From: an uncultured archaeon
Lineage (GTDB): Archaea > Altiarchaeota > Altiarchaeia > IMC4 > SCGC-AAA252-I15
DNA length: 64,000 bases
Reading direction: 5' to 3'
NCBI GenBank assembly: GCA_902384455.1
Contig: CABMCB010000071.1
Coordinates: forward strand, 139,315-203,314
The position numbers and the translations under genes were made by a program. The notes under the pieces were generated by a model. The model searched no databases, was not told the DNA's origin, and worked only from the letters and a program-made list of their open reading frames with translations. Positions 19,714 through 29,466 of this stretch are shown here, piece by piece (positions within the stretch are counted from its first letter, which is position 1; every line of letters starts with the position of its first letter).

Positions 19714-20952
19714 GTGAGATTACTCGGTCTACAGGGTGTTCGGTCGGCAGTTCCTAAACCCCTTCTACTGGTTAGTCTTGCGGCTTTTTTCTATACTTTG
19801 GGTAACGGCGCTGTCTGGTTTGTTTTGCCGATTAAGGCAGAAGCTTTACTGAAAAACCTCATGTTAGTCGGCCTTATTGTTGCAGTCCCTAATGCAGTCT
19901 CTCTTATCTTCGATGCGTCTATCGGGGGGTATTCTGATAGGGTGGGGCGCAAGAAACTGTTTTTTGTAGGTCTTCTTGTTATGGTTTTTTTGGGTCTTCT
20001 TCTTCCGTCCATCTATTCGTTGCCGGCATTCATACTTTTCATGGTCGTGTTTGGCCTTGCTAACCAGTTAATTTTCATTTCTGGCAGGGCTTATTTGATG
20101 GATATTGCTCCTGCTGGCAAGACGTCTAGTTATTTTGGTGTTCAAGAAGCTGCCGCTCAAATTGGGTTTGCCATAGGGCCCGTAGTCGCCGGAGTCATAG
20201 TTGCAGATTCGTTGTCCATCGGAATCCAAAACACCGGTTTACTCTATGCCGCATTGTGTCTGGTGGCTCTGTTTTGCGTATTCCTACTGAAAGAAACAGT
20301 GAAAACCAACGAATCCCCATTAATCGCAGTAAAGAACCTTATCGAAAAAGACAAAATTCTCCTACGCAGCATACTAGACTTCAAACAACTTAAGTCAGCG
20401 GGCTTGTTAATTCTGGTGACGACTTTCGTAATAACCTCCGCAGACGGCCTAATTTGGGCTCTTGAGCCGCTCTACGCTAACCGAGGCGTTGATTCCGCGG
20501 CAGTGGGTGTGATTCTTTTCATGTTCGTCCTACCCTACATATTATTTAACGTGCCGTTAGGGCATTTTGCAGACAAGCACGGGAAAAAGAAACTAATAGT
20601 TCTCGGGCTCTTCCTCTCCGGCGTCTTCCTAATCCTCTTCGGCTACTCTGGAAGCGAGTTGACTATGATAGCAACCGCATTCATAGCCACAACAGGACTC
20701 GCCTGCATACGCCCTTCACTCGGCGGATTGCTCACTGATCTAGCCCAAAACAAACAAAAAGGCGGAGTAGTAGGCATATGGGACGCTGCAGAAGACCTAG
20801 GGTACATAATAGGTCCTCTTACTGGTGGAATAATAGCTGAATTCTATAAGGACATATCCATCCCATTCGTCTTTCTCGGCATCATAATGCTCGCTCTAGG
20901 GGTCGTGACGTTAATTCTGCCGGCAATAAAAAGCAACACGTCAGTAGCCTAG
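19714..20952 (+). CDS. MFS transporter (tandem paralog)
   Basis: 412 aa, 12 TM, motif YSDRVGRKK between TM2/3; paralogous to 18457-19686. Confidence 0.75.
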   Translation: MRLLGLQGVRSAVPKPLLLVSLAAFFYTLGNGAVWFVLPIKAEALLKNLMLVGLIVAVPNAVSLIFDASIGGYSDRVGRKKLFFVGLLVMVFLGLLLPSIYSLPAFILFMVVFGLANQLIFISGRAYLMDIAPAGKTSSYFGVQEAAAQIGFAIGPVVAGVIVADSLSIGIQNTGLLYAALCLVALFCVFLLKETVKTNESPLIAVKNLIEKDKILLRSILDFKQLKSAGLLILVTTFVITSADGLIWALEPLYANRGVDSAAVGVILFMFVLPYILFNVPLGHFADKHGKKKLIVLGLFLSGVFLILFGYSGSELTMIATAFIATTGLACIRPSLGGLLTDLAQNKQKGGVVGIWDAAEDLGYIIGPLTGGIIAEFYKDISIPFVFLGIIMLALGVVTLILPAIKSNTSVA

Positions 20953-22212
20953 TGTCCGCTGTTTGGCTAGAAAAACGCAGTCGTCGTTTCCTGAGGCTAA
21001 GCAGTCTTTTTCAGTGACTTCCCAACGGGTTTTACTGCCCTCGTTGATTACGCCCTCTATTATGCCGGCCAGAAAGACGCAGAGTTTCAGGTCGATGTTG
21101 TTGACGCCTGAGGCATAGACGCTTTCGTCCATATGGATTAAAATGCGTTCAGGACTTCTCTCTTCAACTTTTGAAATGATTCCTGCCTTAAGATAAGTGA
21201 ACAAGTTGCGCAAGTAATCCAGGCGTTCTTTTATGCTAAGTTCAATCAAGTCCGCTTCTTTAGCGATTCGTTTACCCGTAATAACCCCTGCGTGTTTGGA
21301 TAGTACGTAGTGGCCGGGTGATGGAGAGCTCAGCATATAATTCAAGCACTGGTCTGCCGAAATATGGAAATACTCCTTATGGTTTAGGCGGTTCTCTTCA
21401 TTGGTGATTATCCTCTCCAGTACATTATCCAAAATTGGGGAATACTCATCGGATTCCATAGTGGGGAGTTCACTGTCGACGTTTTTCTCTGACAGATGCA
21501 AGTTAAACTTACATGTCTTGTTTCCGCTATGCTGGCATTCTGTTTCGTTTCCACACCAGAAGCCGCTGAACATTACTTCGGCAGAACCACATAATGTGCC
21601 TAATTCTACGTCACATAGTGGTCTGTTTGAGTGGACTATAGGCGTTATATACTTCACGGAATATTGAACGGTCCTGTTTTTTCTGTCGACTTTTGTTAAG
21701 TGGATGTCGCCGTATCCTTGACTCCTCCATATACCACAGTACGTGTCTTGTATCCTCTTGTTCTCGAATACAGTCCAAAAAATGCCAGAGTTACGTAGTG
21801 ATTGAATAGCAGGTTCCAAATTCGTGGTTTTAAATGCTATTTCACTTGAGAAGTAACCCATCAATTTACCTATCTTATACAACTCCGTCGTCATATGCGG
21901 GCAAATGAACAACGTAGAGAACCTCCGTATTTCCATCAAATAAGGGTGCGCGGTGTTACCTAGTGTTCGCCTTATATGTATCTCTTCATTGGCGGGCAAA
22001 CCAAAATCGCGTACAGCTTTAAAATTTTCGTATATGATTTTTCCTCCGTGTTCTTTTTCCCATAGGTAGTTTAGTTTGATTGGTGGGTATATTCCGTCTG
22101 AGCTGAGTTTGTTTCCGCATTGTGGGCAGTAGATGTAGTTTGGGTCTGGAATTTTGAATTCGCAGAGTTTGCAGTTGGCGTTTGCTTTAAGTTTGGTTTT
22201 AACGGCAGCCAT
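20941..22212 (-). CDS. Zinc-ribbon plus V4R-domain protein (hypothetical)
   Basis: 423 aa. N-terminal CKLCEF...CPQCGNKL zinc ribbon. The C-terminal ~70 aa resemble the V4R (4-vinyl reductase-like) small-molecule-binding domain (LKLCVFLAGIIEGVINE...). Confidence 0.5.
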   Translation of the reverse strand: MAAVKTKLKANANCKLCEFKIPDPNYIYCPQCGNKLSSDGIYPPIKLNYLWEKEHGGKIIYENFKAVRDFGLPANEEIHIRRTLGNTAHPYLMEIRRFSTLFICPHMTTELYKIGKLMGYFSSEIAFKTTNLEPAIQSLRNSGIFWTVFENKRIQDTYCGIWRSQGYGDIHLTKVDRKNRTVQYSVKYITPIVHSNRPLCDVELGTLCGSAEVMFSGFWCGNETECQHSGNKTCKFNLHLSEKNVDSELPTMESDEYSPILDNVLERIITNEENRLNHKEYFHISADQCLNYMLSSPSPGHYVLSKHAGVITGKRIAKEADLIELSIKERLDYLRNLFTYLKAGIISKVEERSPERILIHMDESVYASGVNNIDLKLCVFLAGIIEGVINEGSKTRWEVTEKDCLASGNDDCVFLAKQRTLGY

Positions 22213-22402
22213 AAGTCAAAAATGTCCAATTATGTGCTCAACCATTCAATTTTGGAATTTATATGCGTATTCCCGCCTGCATGTTTATAGTACCTTCGAT
22301 TTATCCAGATGGACTAGTATTACTTGGCTGCAGTTGTTTCGTTCATGCTTTAATTTAAGTCTCGTTCAATTAGTCAATTGGGGTTTTTGGCCTGTCTTTA
22401 AA

Positions 22403-23932
22403 ATGAGTAAGTTTGTTTTTGTTGTTTTGGTTTTCCTGCTTTTTGTGGCAGGTTGTTTGAGTAATACGGAAACTTCGACGTCGAGTACTGTGTTTGGTGA
22501 GGTATCTTCAACGGTGCCTTCTGTTTCGTCGACTGTAGTGATTGAGCAGTCGTCTACGTCTATTTTTGTTCAGACTACTACGACGGTTACGGTGCCGGTT
22601 GAGGCGGTGTTTCAGCTTAGGACTTATGGGGGGTTTATTAATCCGGCGCGCGCTAACAGGGAGTTGATTGTTAATTCGTCGACAGTTGTTTATCGCGTAT
22701 TAAGTGCGGACGGCGTCCTGCAGGAAGAATACTTGAAAGCAGTCGACTTGGCCGTATATAATCGTCTGCTTACGTTGTTTTCGACTTCTGGTTTTGAATC
22801 AATGAAGGACGCTTACAGGCGGCAGGGCTCCAACGTCCCTGATGTGGGTACAACTGAAATAAGTTATATCCAAGACGGAAGGACAAAGACTGTCAAGTCC
22901 GGTCCTTTCCTCTCAAATGACACTGAACCGCAAGGGTTCATGGATTTGGCTGAAGCCCTAACCAGTTTGATGCCGGCTGAAACAGTAGTAGTCCCATCTG
23001 TAACCCTCAGTTACCAGCCTATGCAGTGTGTGGATACGCCGTGGGATGCGTGGTATGCTGAAGGGAAAATCCAGTTCATAAAGGAGCCGACGGACAAGCA
23101 GCTTGCAACCGCCTACTACGCCAACCAATACAACTTAACTCTCCTGGATTTCACCAGAAACGAAACAGGCCAAATAACGTGTATGGCGTGCGGAGTTTGC
23201 CCTACATCTTATTATTTTGAGGCTACGGTAAGCGGAGGCGACGAAGCCGTATTGCTTGCGTTAAACTGGACGAAGCATTTAGGTGCGGGAGAGTCAGCTG
23301 AAACGCCGTCAGTAGAGAAGCCGGAGGACTATAATCCTGCGGTAAATCCCAAAAATTTCTTGCCTAAAGTCACCGCGCAATTGTATCCGATGCCTCCCGG
23401 AAGAACCCTAGTATACACTGGGACTTCTTTCGGACTTCAAATCCGCAAGGAAATTTCGGCAACAAACAACACAAAAACCATTTTAGGAGTAACTACGACG
23501 GAAGTTGTAACCCGCACATTCGTCTACAACACGACCGTAGCCGACGAAGTATTCCGGTACATCGCTCAGGATACGCAAAACAATGTGTGGTTGTTTGGCG
23601 AAGAGGTTAAGCAAGGAGGAAAATCGTCTTGGACTGCGGGGGTGGATGGCGCCAAACCTGGGTTAATAATACGCGGAAACCCGCGAGTAGGGCACTTCTG
23701 GCGGCAAGCCTACCTGAAAAACGTGATTGAAGACGTAACCGAAGTATTAAGCATAAACGAATACGTGAGCGTCCCGGGCGGAAGCTACCACAAATGCGTT
23801 AAAACGCAGGAGTGGACGCCGCTGCAGCAGGACGTAAATCACTTCAACTACTACTGCCCAGGCGCAGGACCGGCATTACTGCAGACAAACCAAGGCCAAG
23901 AATACCTTAAACTAAAAGAAATCATAAGGTGA
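22403..23932 (+). CDS. Secreted lipoprotein, hypothetical
   Basis: Start is chosen at the internal ATG (MSKFVFVVLVFLLFVAGCLSN) because the longer ORF overlaps the upstream convergent gene. Ser/Thr-rich linker, then a ~450-aa domain with no known motif. Confidence 0.55.
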   Translation: MSKFVFVVLVFLLFVAGCLSNTETSTSSTVFGEVSSTVPSVSSTVVIEQSSTSIFVQTTTTVTVPVEAVFQLRTYGGFINPARANRELIVNSSTVVYRVLSADGVLQEEYLKAVDLAVYNRLLTLFSTSGFESMKDAYRRQGSNVPDVGTTEISYIQDGRTKTVKSGPFLSNDTEPQGFMDLAEALTSLMPAETVVVPSVTLSYQPMQCVDTPWDAWYAEGKIQFIKEPTDKQLATAYYANQYNLTLLDFTRNETGQITCMACGVCPTSYYFEATVSGGDEAVLLALNWTKHLGAGESAETPSVEKPEDYNPAVNPKNFLPKVTAQLYPMPPGRTLVYTGTSFGLQIRKEISATNNTKTILGVTTTEVVTRTFVYNTTVADEVFRYIAQDTQNNVWLFGEEVKQGGKSSWTAGVDGAKPGLIIRGNPRVGHFWRQAYLKNVIEDVTEVLSINEYVSVPGGSYHKCVKTQEWTPLQQDVNHFNYYCPGAGPALLQTNQGQEYLKLKEIIR

Positions 23933-23951
23933 GTGTCCAGGTAAGTTGTTC

Positions 23952-25685
23952 TTAGGCTATCAGTCTGAGCGAAAGCAGGTTCCAGCCTCCATAAAGTAGG
24001 TGGACAAGACTTTCTTGGCAACTGTAAGTGCAGCCTGATGTCCCTGAGTCATTCCATCCGTCAGGCAAACTGCACCTGTTACCGTCTCCTGAAGAAGCGC
24101 CCCAGTCGCTGGAATAAAAGTCTGAGTTAATATTTCCACAAGCTGTGTTTCCATTAAAAACAACATCCGAACCGCTAGCACTAATTCCCCTAAAGCCGTT
24201 CGAGTTCACAGTGTTGTTAACAACCGACACGCCATCAGAATTCAACACATAAATGCCCTGATCCCCGTCGTTCACGGTATTCCCAACAACCAGGCCATCA
24301 GGAGACGACGTTAAATAAACTCCCATGTTCGAAGTAGCACTGACGTTGTTTTGCTCAACAGTATTGTTGCTGGAAAGATACTCATATACCCCCCACCAGC
24401 CAAAATGGACTAAATTGTAGCTCAAATTGTTGTAGTTAGACTGCGTCAAAGAAATCCCCGCACGAGTGTTTGACACCAAAGTACCATTAAGAACCCGATT
24501 ACGCACAGAACTTCCAAAATAAAAACCATCATTATCATTCCCGTTAGCCGTCGGCCTCAAAAAGACGTTGTCTGCGCAGTAATCAAGGTTAAACCCGTGA
24601 TAGTGGCTTGAAGACGTTACGTCCGTGATGTTAGCGCGGTTTGTGTTCAGCATCAAAACGCCGTTATTTTTTATTCCGCTCACGTTAGCGAGAGTAACGT
24701 TTCTGACTACGGCGTCGTCCGCCTGACAAAGAATAAGCTCCGAAACAACCTCATCGCTAACGGTCTCGGCTGAATTCACGAAACGAATCGGGAGGCCCCC
24801 TGTTCCAGTGTTTCCTGTGACTACGCTGTTGCATGTAGTTCCTATAGTGCCGCCTAAATCGTACCTCCCGTTGTATAACATGGTGTTGTCGCTTATGATG
24901 GTGGGCGCATCCCAAAGGTAGACTCCATCCCACAAGTTAGAATTAAAAATGCTGCCTTCAACCCGGTTGTTGTTGGAACGTAAAAAGTAAATTCCGTAGT
25001 AATTGTCGGACGAGTTCACGTCGGTGAAATTTGAGTCATCAGTAACAAACACATCAATTCCATTATTATCTAAACTACTGGACCCTACGACAGTCACATT
25101 CACCACGCTGGAATTATCTGCAGCACACAAAACAAGCTGCGACGCCACTGCATTAGCCAAACTAAACGAAGAATTATAGACTAATATAGGCCTCCCTTCC
25201 GGCCCCATATTATTCTCCATTACGAACATGCACTGTTCCTTGCCGTCTGCCCATACCCTCAAGTCATACCGATTATTCTCTACTAGAGTGTTGTTTCTTA
25301 CAATAAAACCTCTGGGGAAATACAAATTAAGTCCGTTCCAGAAATTGGTCACTTCGCAGTTCTGTATGGTAACATTCTCTTTCGCGTATGCGTATACTCC
25401 ATGGTATTGGCCGCTGCCGTTTATCCAATGGTTCATGCAATCGAAAACTTTGTTGTTGAAATTATCCGGGTTATTAATGCACGAACTGGTGGGGCTTGAA
25501 ACGTCAGAACTCAACCTGACCGTTGTGCAGTTCTCATTATCATTTAAGGCGCTGTTGCAGTCCGAGCAGTTTCCGCAGTCGCACACGCCTCCTCCGATGA
25601 CGTCGTACGCGGAAACTCCCGCAGAAAAGCACGCAAACACAATCAATCCAAGAATTATCGCAAAACGCATGTCCACGAAAAACAT
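23952..25685 (-). CDS. Secreted right-handed parallel beta-helix repeat protein (NosD/PbH1-like)
   Basis: 577 aa with signal peptide. Numerous ~22-aa repeats with N/G/V-rich beta-helix rungs (..NNTLVENNRYDL.., ..GNTVNDGDQGIYV..). Confidence 0.7.
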   Translation of the reverse strand: MFFVDMRFAIILGLIVFACFSAGVSAYDVIGGGVCDCGNCSDCNSALNDNENCTTVRLSSDVSSPTSSCINNPDNFNNKVFDCMNHWINGSGQYHGVYAYAKENVTIQNCEVTNFWNGLNLYFPRGFIVRNNTLVENNRYDLRVWADGKEQCMFVMENNMGPEGRPILVYNSSFSLANAVASQLVLCAADNSSVVNVTVVGSSSLDNNGIDVFVTDDSNFTDVNSSDNYYGIYFLRSNNNRVEGSIFNSNLWDGVYLWDAPTIISDNTMLYNGRYDLGGTIGTTCNSVVTGNTGTGGLPIRFVNSAETVSDEVVSELILCQADDAVVRNVTLANVSGIKNNGVLMLNTNRANITDVTSSSHYHGFNLDYCADNVFLRPTANGNDNDGFYFGSSVRNRVLNGTLVSNTRAGISLTQSNYNNLSYNLVHFGWWGVYEYLSSNNTVEQNNVSATSNMGVYLTSSPDGLVVGNTVNDGDQGIYVLNSDGVSVVNNTVNSNGFRGISASGSDVVFNGNTACGNINSDFYSSDWGASSGDGNRCSLPDGWNDSGTSGCTYSCQESLVHLLYGGWNLLSLRLIA

Positions 25686-25719
25686 TGAACACTAAGCATA
25701 AAAACTGCCGAAATACTTT

Positions 25720-26112
25720 TTACTTCTTGAAGTCCAAAGCCGAACTTAAAACGCAGTACCTGCGTCCGCCTTCAGGATGGGAATCTCCGCACTCTCTTCC
25801 GTCGTCAAAGGCGTGCCCTAAATGCAGTCCGCATTTGGCGCAAACAATCTCGGAGCGAATCATTCCGTATGAAAAATCCTGCTTCTCCTTTATGGCCCCT
25901 TCAATCGGCTTCCTGAAGCTGGGCCACTTAGTTCCGCTCTTGAATTTAGCGCCGCTATCAAACAACCGTGCGCCGCAGAGCGGGCAAGCGTAAACGCCCT
26001 TCTCCCATAAATTAGTGTACTCCTCCTTCATTGAACGGCCGCGCCTTTCCATTATTTCCTTTCTTATGGGCTCTTCGGCCTCCTCTGGAGGAGTTTCCTC
26101 CCACGAGACCAT
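25720..26112 (-). CDS. msrB: Peptide-methionine (R)-S-oxide reductase
   Basis: 130 aa with two CxxC pairs (CPLCGARL / CAKCGLHLGHAF) and the RYCVLSSAL active-site region. Confidence 0.85.
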   Translation of the reverse strand: MVSWEETPPEEAEEPIRKEIMERRGRSMKEEYTNLWEKGVYACPLCGARLFDSGAKFKSGTKWPSFRKPIEGAIKEKQDFSYGMIRSEIVCAKCGLHLGHAFDDGRECGDSHPEGGRRYCVLSSALDFKK

Positions 26113-26220
26113 TTGTTTCCCTTCTTCCCTCTCAGTAATTGTATTGTGCAGACGAGTATAAAAAGTTAACTATTGTGAAGAAAGGGTCGGGAAAGCAAAA
26201 AAGAGTAATTAAAAATCAAA

Positions 26221-27621
26221 TCAGTACGTCTTCGCTATCCGTATGTGTGTTCCTGGGTTTCCGCAGTTTACGCAGTCTGTTTTTTTGTCTTCCTCGATGG
26301 TGAGTATTGTGCCGATTGGTTCTATTTGTTTGGCGCATTCTTGTTTTCCGCACCAGCCGGCCTCTATTATTCCGCCTGTGGTAAGGCGTTCCTCAAGTTC
26401 CTGCATGTTCGCGGCCTTTTTGATTCTGTGGTTGAATGATTCCTGCGCTTTCTTCTTCAAGTTCGCTTCTATGTCTGAGAATATTTTGTGTACGTCAAGG
26501 TCGGCTTCTGGGACGAAAAGTTTCTCGCCCGTGTCGCGGCGCACAACGACGACCTGTTTTTTCTCCAGGTCGCGGGGGCCTATCTCTATCCTTAATGGCA
26601 CGCCGCGCTGCTCCCAGTAGTAATACTTTTCGCCGGGCCGTATTTCTCGGTCGTCTATTTCAACGCGGATGCCGTGCTTCTCCAGCTTATGCTTTAAGGC
26701 CTCGGCTTCCTTTCGGACTTTCCCTTCAGTGTCTTTGAATATGATGGGGACGATGACGGCTTGCACTGGCGCCACTTGAGGTGGAAGTATCATTCCTTTT
26801 TCGTCGCCGTGGACTGAGATTACTGCGGCAAGAAGCCTTCCGAATCCGGGGCCGTAGCTTGTCTGCCAGGCGTGGTGTCTTCCGCCTTGTTCGTCTGCGT
26901 ATGTGATGTCGAATACTTTGGAAAAGTGTTGGCCTAGGTTGTGGACTGTCGCTATCTGCAGTGTTTTTCCGTCGGGCATTAGTGTTTCAAATGCTATTGT
27001 GTATTCTGCGCCAGGGAACTTGTCCCAGTCGGGGCGCTTGTTCACCTGATACGGTAGGCACAATAAGTCGCCGATTAGCTTGCCGTAGATGCCTATTATC
27101 GTCTCAATGTTCTCAAGCGCTTCCTTGCGTGTCGCAAAGGCGGTGTGGCCTTCGTTCCACAGGAATTCTCGTCCGCGTATTAGCGGGCGCGTGTGTTTGG
27201 TGTCGTAGCGGTATACTGCGCAGCTTTGGTGGATTTTGATTGGGAGGTCGCCGTGTGTGCGAACCCACAGTGAAAAAAGGTTGTACATTGAGGTTTCGCT
27301 TGTTGGGCGCAGCGCCAGTTTTCTTTCAAGCGGCGTTGCTCCTGCGTGCGTCACCCAAAATACTTCGTTTTCGAATCCTGCGATGTGTTCGCTTTCTTTC
27401 CCCAAGACGTCTTCGGGAATAAGCACCGGGAAGAGCACGGGCTCGTGACCGTCTTCTTCAAGCCGGCGCTCAAGGTACTGTTGGGCTTGGCGTATGATAT
27501 AGAGGCCCCATTTTCTGTAGACGAGCATCCCCTTTATGGGGTAACGCTGGTCTATCACCTGCGCCTCATCCAATACCTTATGGTACCATTCAGAGAAGTC
27601 CTCTTCCTTGGGAAATTCCAT
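26221..27621 (-). CDS. proS: Prolyl-tRNA synthetase, archaeal/eukaryal type
   Basis: 466 aa with class II aaRS motifs and a C-terminal Zn-binding ProRS domain (CVNCGNPG...Y end). Confidence 0.85.
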   Translation of the reverse strand: MEFPKEEDFSEWYHKVLDEAQVIDQRYPIKGMLVYRKWGLYIIRQAQQYLERRLEEDGHEPVLFPVLIPEDVLGKESEHIAGFENEVFWVTHAGATPLERKLALRPTSETSMYNLFSLWVRTHGDLPIKIHQSCAVYRYDTKHTRPLIRGREFLWNEGHTAFATRKEALENIETIIGIYGKLIGDLLCLPYQVNKRPDWDKFPGAEYTIAFETLMPDGKTLQIATVHNLGQHFSKVFDITYADEQGGRHHAWQTSYGPGFGRLLAAVISVHGDEKGMILPPQVAPVQAVIVPIIFKDTEGKVRKEAEALKHKLEKHGIRVEIDDREIRPGEKYYYWEQRGVPLRIEIGPRDLEKKQVVVVRRDTGEKLFVPEADLDVHKIFSDIEANLKKKAQESFNHRIKKAANMQELEERLTTGGIIEAGWCGKQECAKQIEPIGTILTIEEDKKTDCVNCGNPGTHIRIAKTY

Positions 27622-27650
27622 AGTCCAAATACTTTATGTAGCAATATATC

Positions 27651-28364
27651 TTAACTTGTTTCTTCTTTTAGTTTTTTTCTTTTATCTATCCTTTCCTTAA
27701 AGTCGTTTAACTTACTTGGAGCGACATATACATATTCAACTATTGCTCTGAAAAACTCGTCAATAGCTATAGTATCATATGGTTTTACCTCTCCTGCTAA
27801 GTCATGCGCTCCAGCATTTCCGAGGTTTCTCAATACTTCAGTCATCTCAGATAGTACCGGCGGTATTTCTCCATTAGACGCTAATTTTTTTAATCGTTGT
27901 TGTAAAGTGCCTTTTCTTATTCCTCTGTCCGTACATATCGCTTCAAGAGTACGTCTAATCTGAACAGCAAATGCGTTTGGAGCTAACTCTCGTATTCTTG
28001 CTGCTTCTTCATAGAGGTTTGAAACTCTTTTCGGAACAGAATTATGAAGTTGCCCCAACCTTGTTGGGTATACTAAATCATATCCCGAAAAATCTATATA
28101 CCCTGAGGGATCTACTTCATTGCTAGGTCCATATTCAGTTTCATCCTTCCCATATAATAAGACTTCATGGCAAATTTCACAAACTGCGACATAAAATGTA
28201 TATAGCGATTCCACCTCTGCTTTTTCTCCGCTAGTCCAATATCCACCTTCAAGAATGCTATGATGCGTATACACTAACTTTTGTTGCGTTAGATTCCCGC
28301 AATGATGACATAATGCAACATTACGAACCTCTACGTCCTTTTTCTGTACTTTTTGCCTCTTCAT
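27651..28364 (-). CDS. Zinc-ribbon protein with C-terminal DUF4145 domain
   Basis: 237 aa. N-terminal CHHCG...CEICH zinc ribbon. C-terminus matches the DUF4145 pattern (IRRTLEAICTDRGI...LQQRLKKLASNGEIPPVLSEMTEVLRNLGNAGAH). The gene is markedly AT-rich relative to its flanks. Confidence 0.6.
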   Translation of the reverse strand: MKRQKVQKKDVEVRNVALCHHCGNLTQQKLVYTHHSILEGGYWTSGEKAEVESLYTFYVAVCEICHEVLLYGKDETEYGPSNEVDPSGYIDFSGYDLVYPTRLGQLHNSVPKRVSNLYEEAARIRELAPNAFAVQIRRTLEAICTDRGIRKGTLQQRLKKLASNGEIPPVLSEMTEVLRNLGNAGAHDLAGEVKPYDTIAIDEFFRAIVEYVYVAPSKLNDFKERIDKRKKLKEETS

Positions 28365-29426
28365 TTAAATTTTCTCCCCTCTAATTTCCGGCCGCACTAC
28401 CGTCAAAAAGTTCATCAGAAGCACAAGTATCATCGGGCCAAGCAAGAGTCCCATGAACCCGAAGGCGAGCGGCCCGAAAATGTAGGCGTACATCATCAAA
28501 CTGGGGTTTATTCGGCGGCCCACAAGTAGCGGCCTGAACAGTAGTCCTAGTCCTGCGTCTATTATTGCTTCCATTGTGATGAGGACTGTGGCGATGAACG
28601 TCCAGTCTGATGTGAGGGTGCCTTGGAGTATTGCTTGCGCTGTAAGGTATATTACTATTGGGAGGGTGATTATTGCGACTCCTGCTATTGGGATTAAAGT
28701 GGAAAATCCTGTGAGTATCCCAAGGAGGAAGGGGTAGGGTATTGCGAGTGTTGGCGGGGCAAAGGCGTTTAGTATGAAAAGTAGAAGCGACGCCGAAAGG
28801 GCGGTTAACGCCGCCATGAGGATGTTTCCGGTGAATACGCTGTTGAGGTCTTTGTCTGCTTCGTTGAAGTAGCGCCTTATGAGCGTCCTTTGTTCTTCCG
28901 GGACAAGCGATTCGACGTAAGCTCGCGCTTTGTCGCCGTACATCAAAAGGTGGTATGCTACGACCAGCACGAGGAACAATCTAAAGAGGACGCCCAAAAA
29001 AGCGAATATGAGGCTGAAGCCTATCTGCACCGCCTTCTTTACGTCGGGGTTGGTGCTTACGGACTTTAGTATGTCGTTGGGGTCTATTTGGTCAGCGACT
29101 TTAGCGTACTCGGACGCAGTCAGCTTAATCTGGCTGACGTAAGGCAAGTCCGTGTTCGCAAGGAAATCGGATGCGTCAGTGAACGCCACAATCAAAGTGT
29201 AAGTAAGAAGCAACGTGACAGGCAACACCACCACAAGAAGAGAGCCCACAGCGGAAACCCTCTTCATCTTGACTATCCTGCCCCCCTCCTTATGTAGCGA
29301 ACGGGTAATGTAATAAAAGAATACGCCGTAGACCACCGCGTCAAGAAACTGAAAAACCATATACGCCGCAGCCAAAGCAACCACACCGCCATACAAAAGC
29401 CATGCGCGCCCAAAACCCTTCATCAC
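28365..29426 (-). CDS. AI-2E family transporter (PerM/UPF0118)
   Basis: 353 aa, 7-8 TM helices, typical AI-2E topology and C-terminal motif region. Confidence 0.6.
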   Translation of the reverse strand: MMKGFGRAWLLYGGVVALAAAYMVFQFLDAVVYGVFFYYITRSLHKEGGRIVKMKRVSAVGSLLVVVLPVTLLLTYTLIVAFTDASDFLANTDLPYVSQIKLTASEYAKVADQIDPNDILKSVSTNPDVKKAVQIGFSLIFAFLGVLFRLFLVLVVAYHLLMYGDKARAYVESLVPEEQRTLIRRYFNEADKDLNSVFTGNILMAALTALSASLLLFILNAFAPPTLAIPYPFLLGILTGFSTLIPIAGVAIITLPIVIYLTAQAILQGTLTSDWTFIATVLITMEAIIDAGLGLLFRPLLVGRRINPSLMMYAYIFGPLAFGFMGLLLGPMILVLLMNFLTVVRPEIRGEKI

Positions 29427-29466
29427 ATAAATCCTTGCCTAAACGGGCATAAAAGACGGCTCAAAC

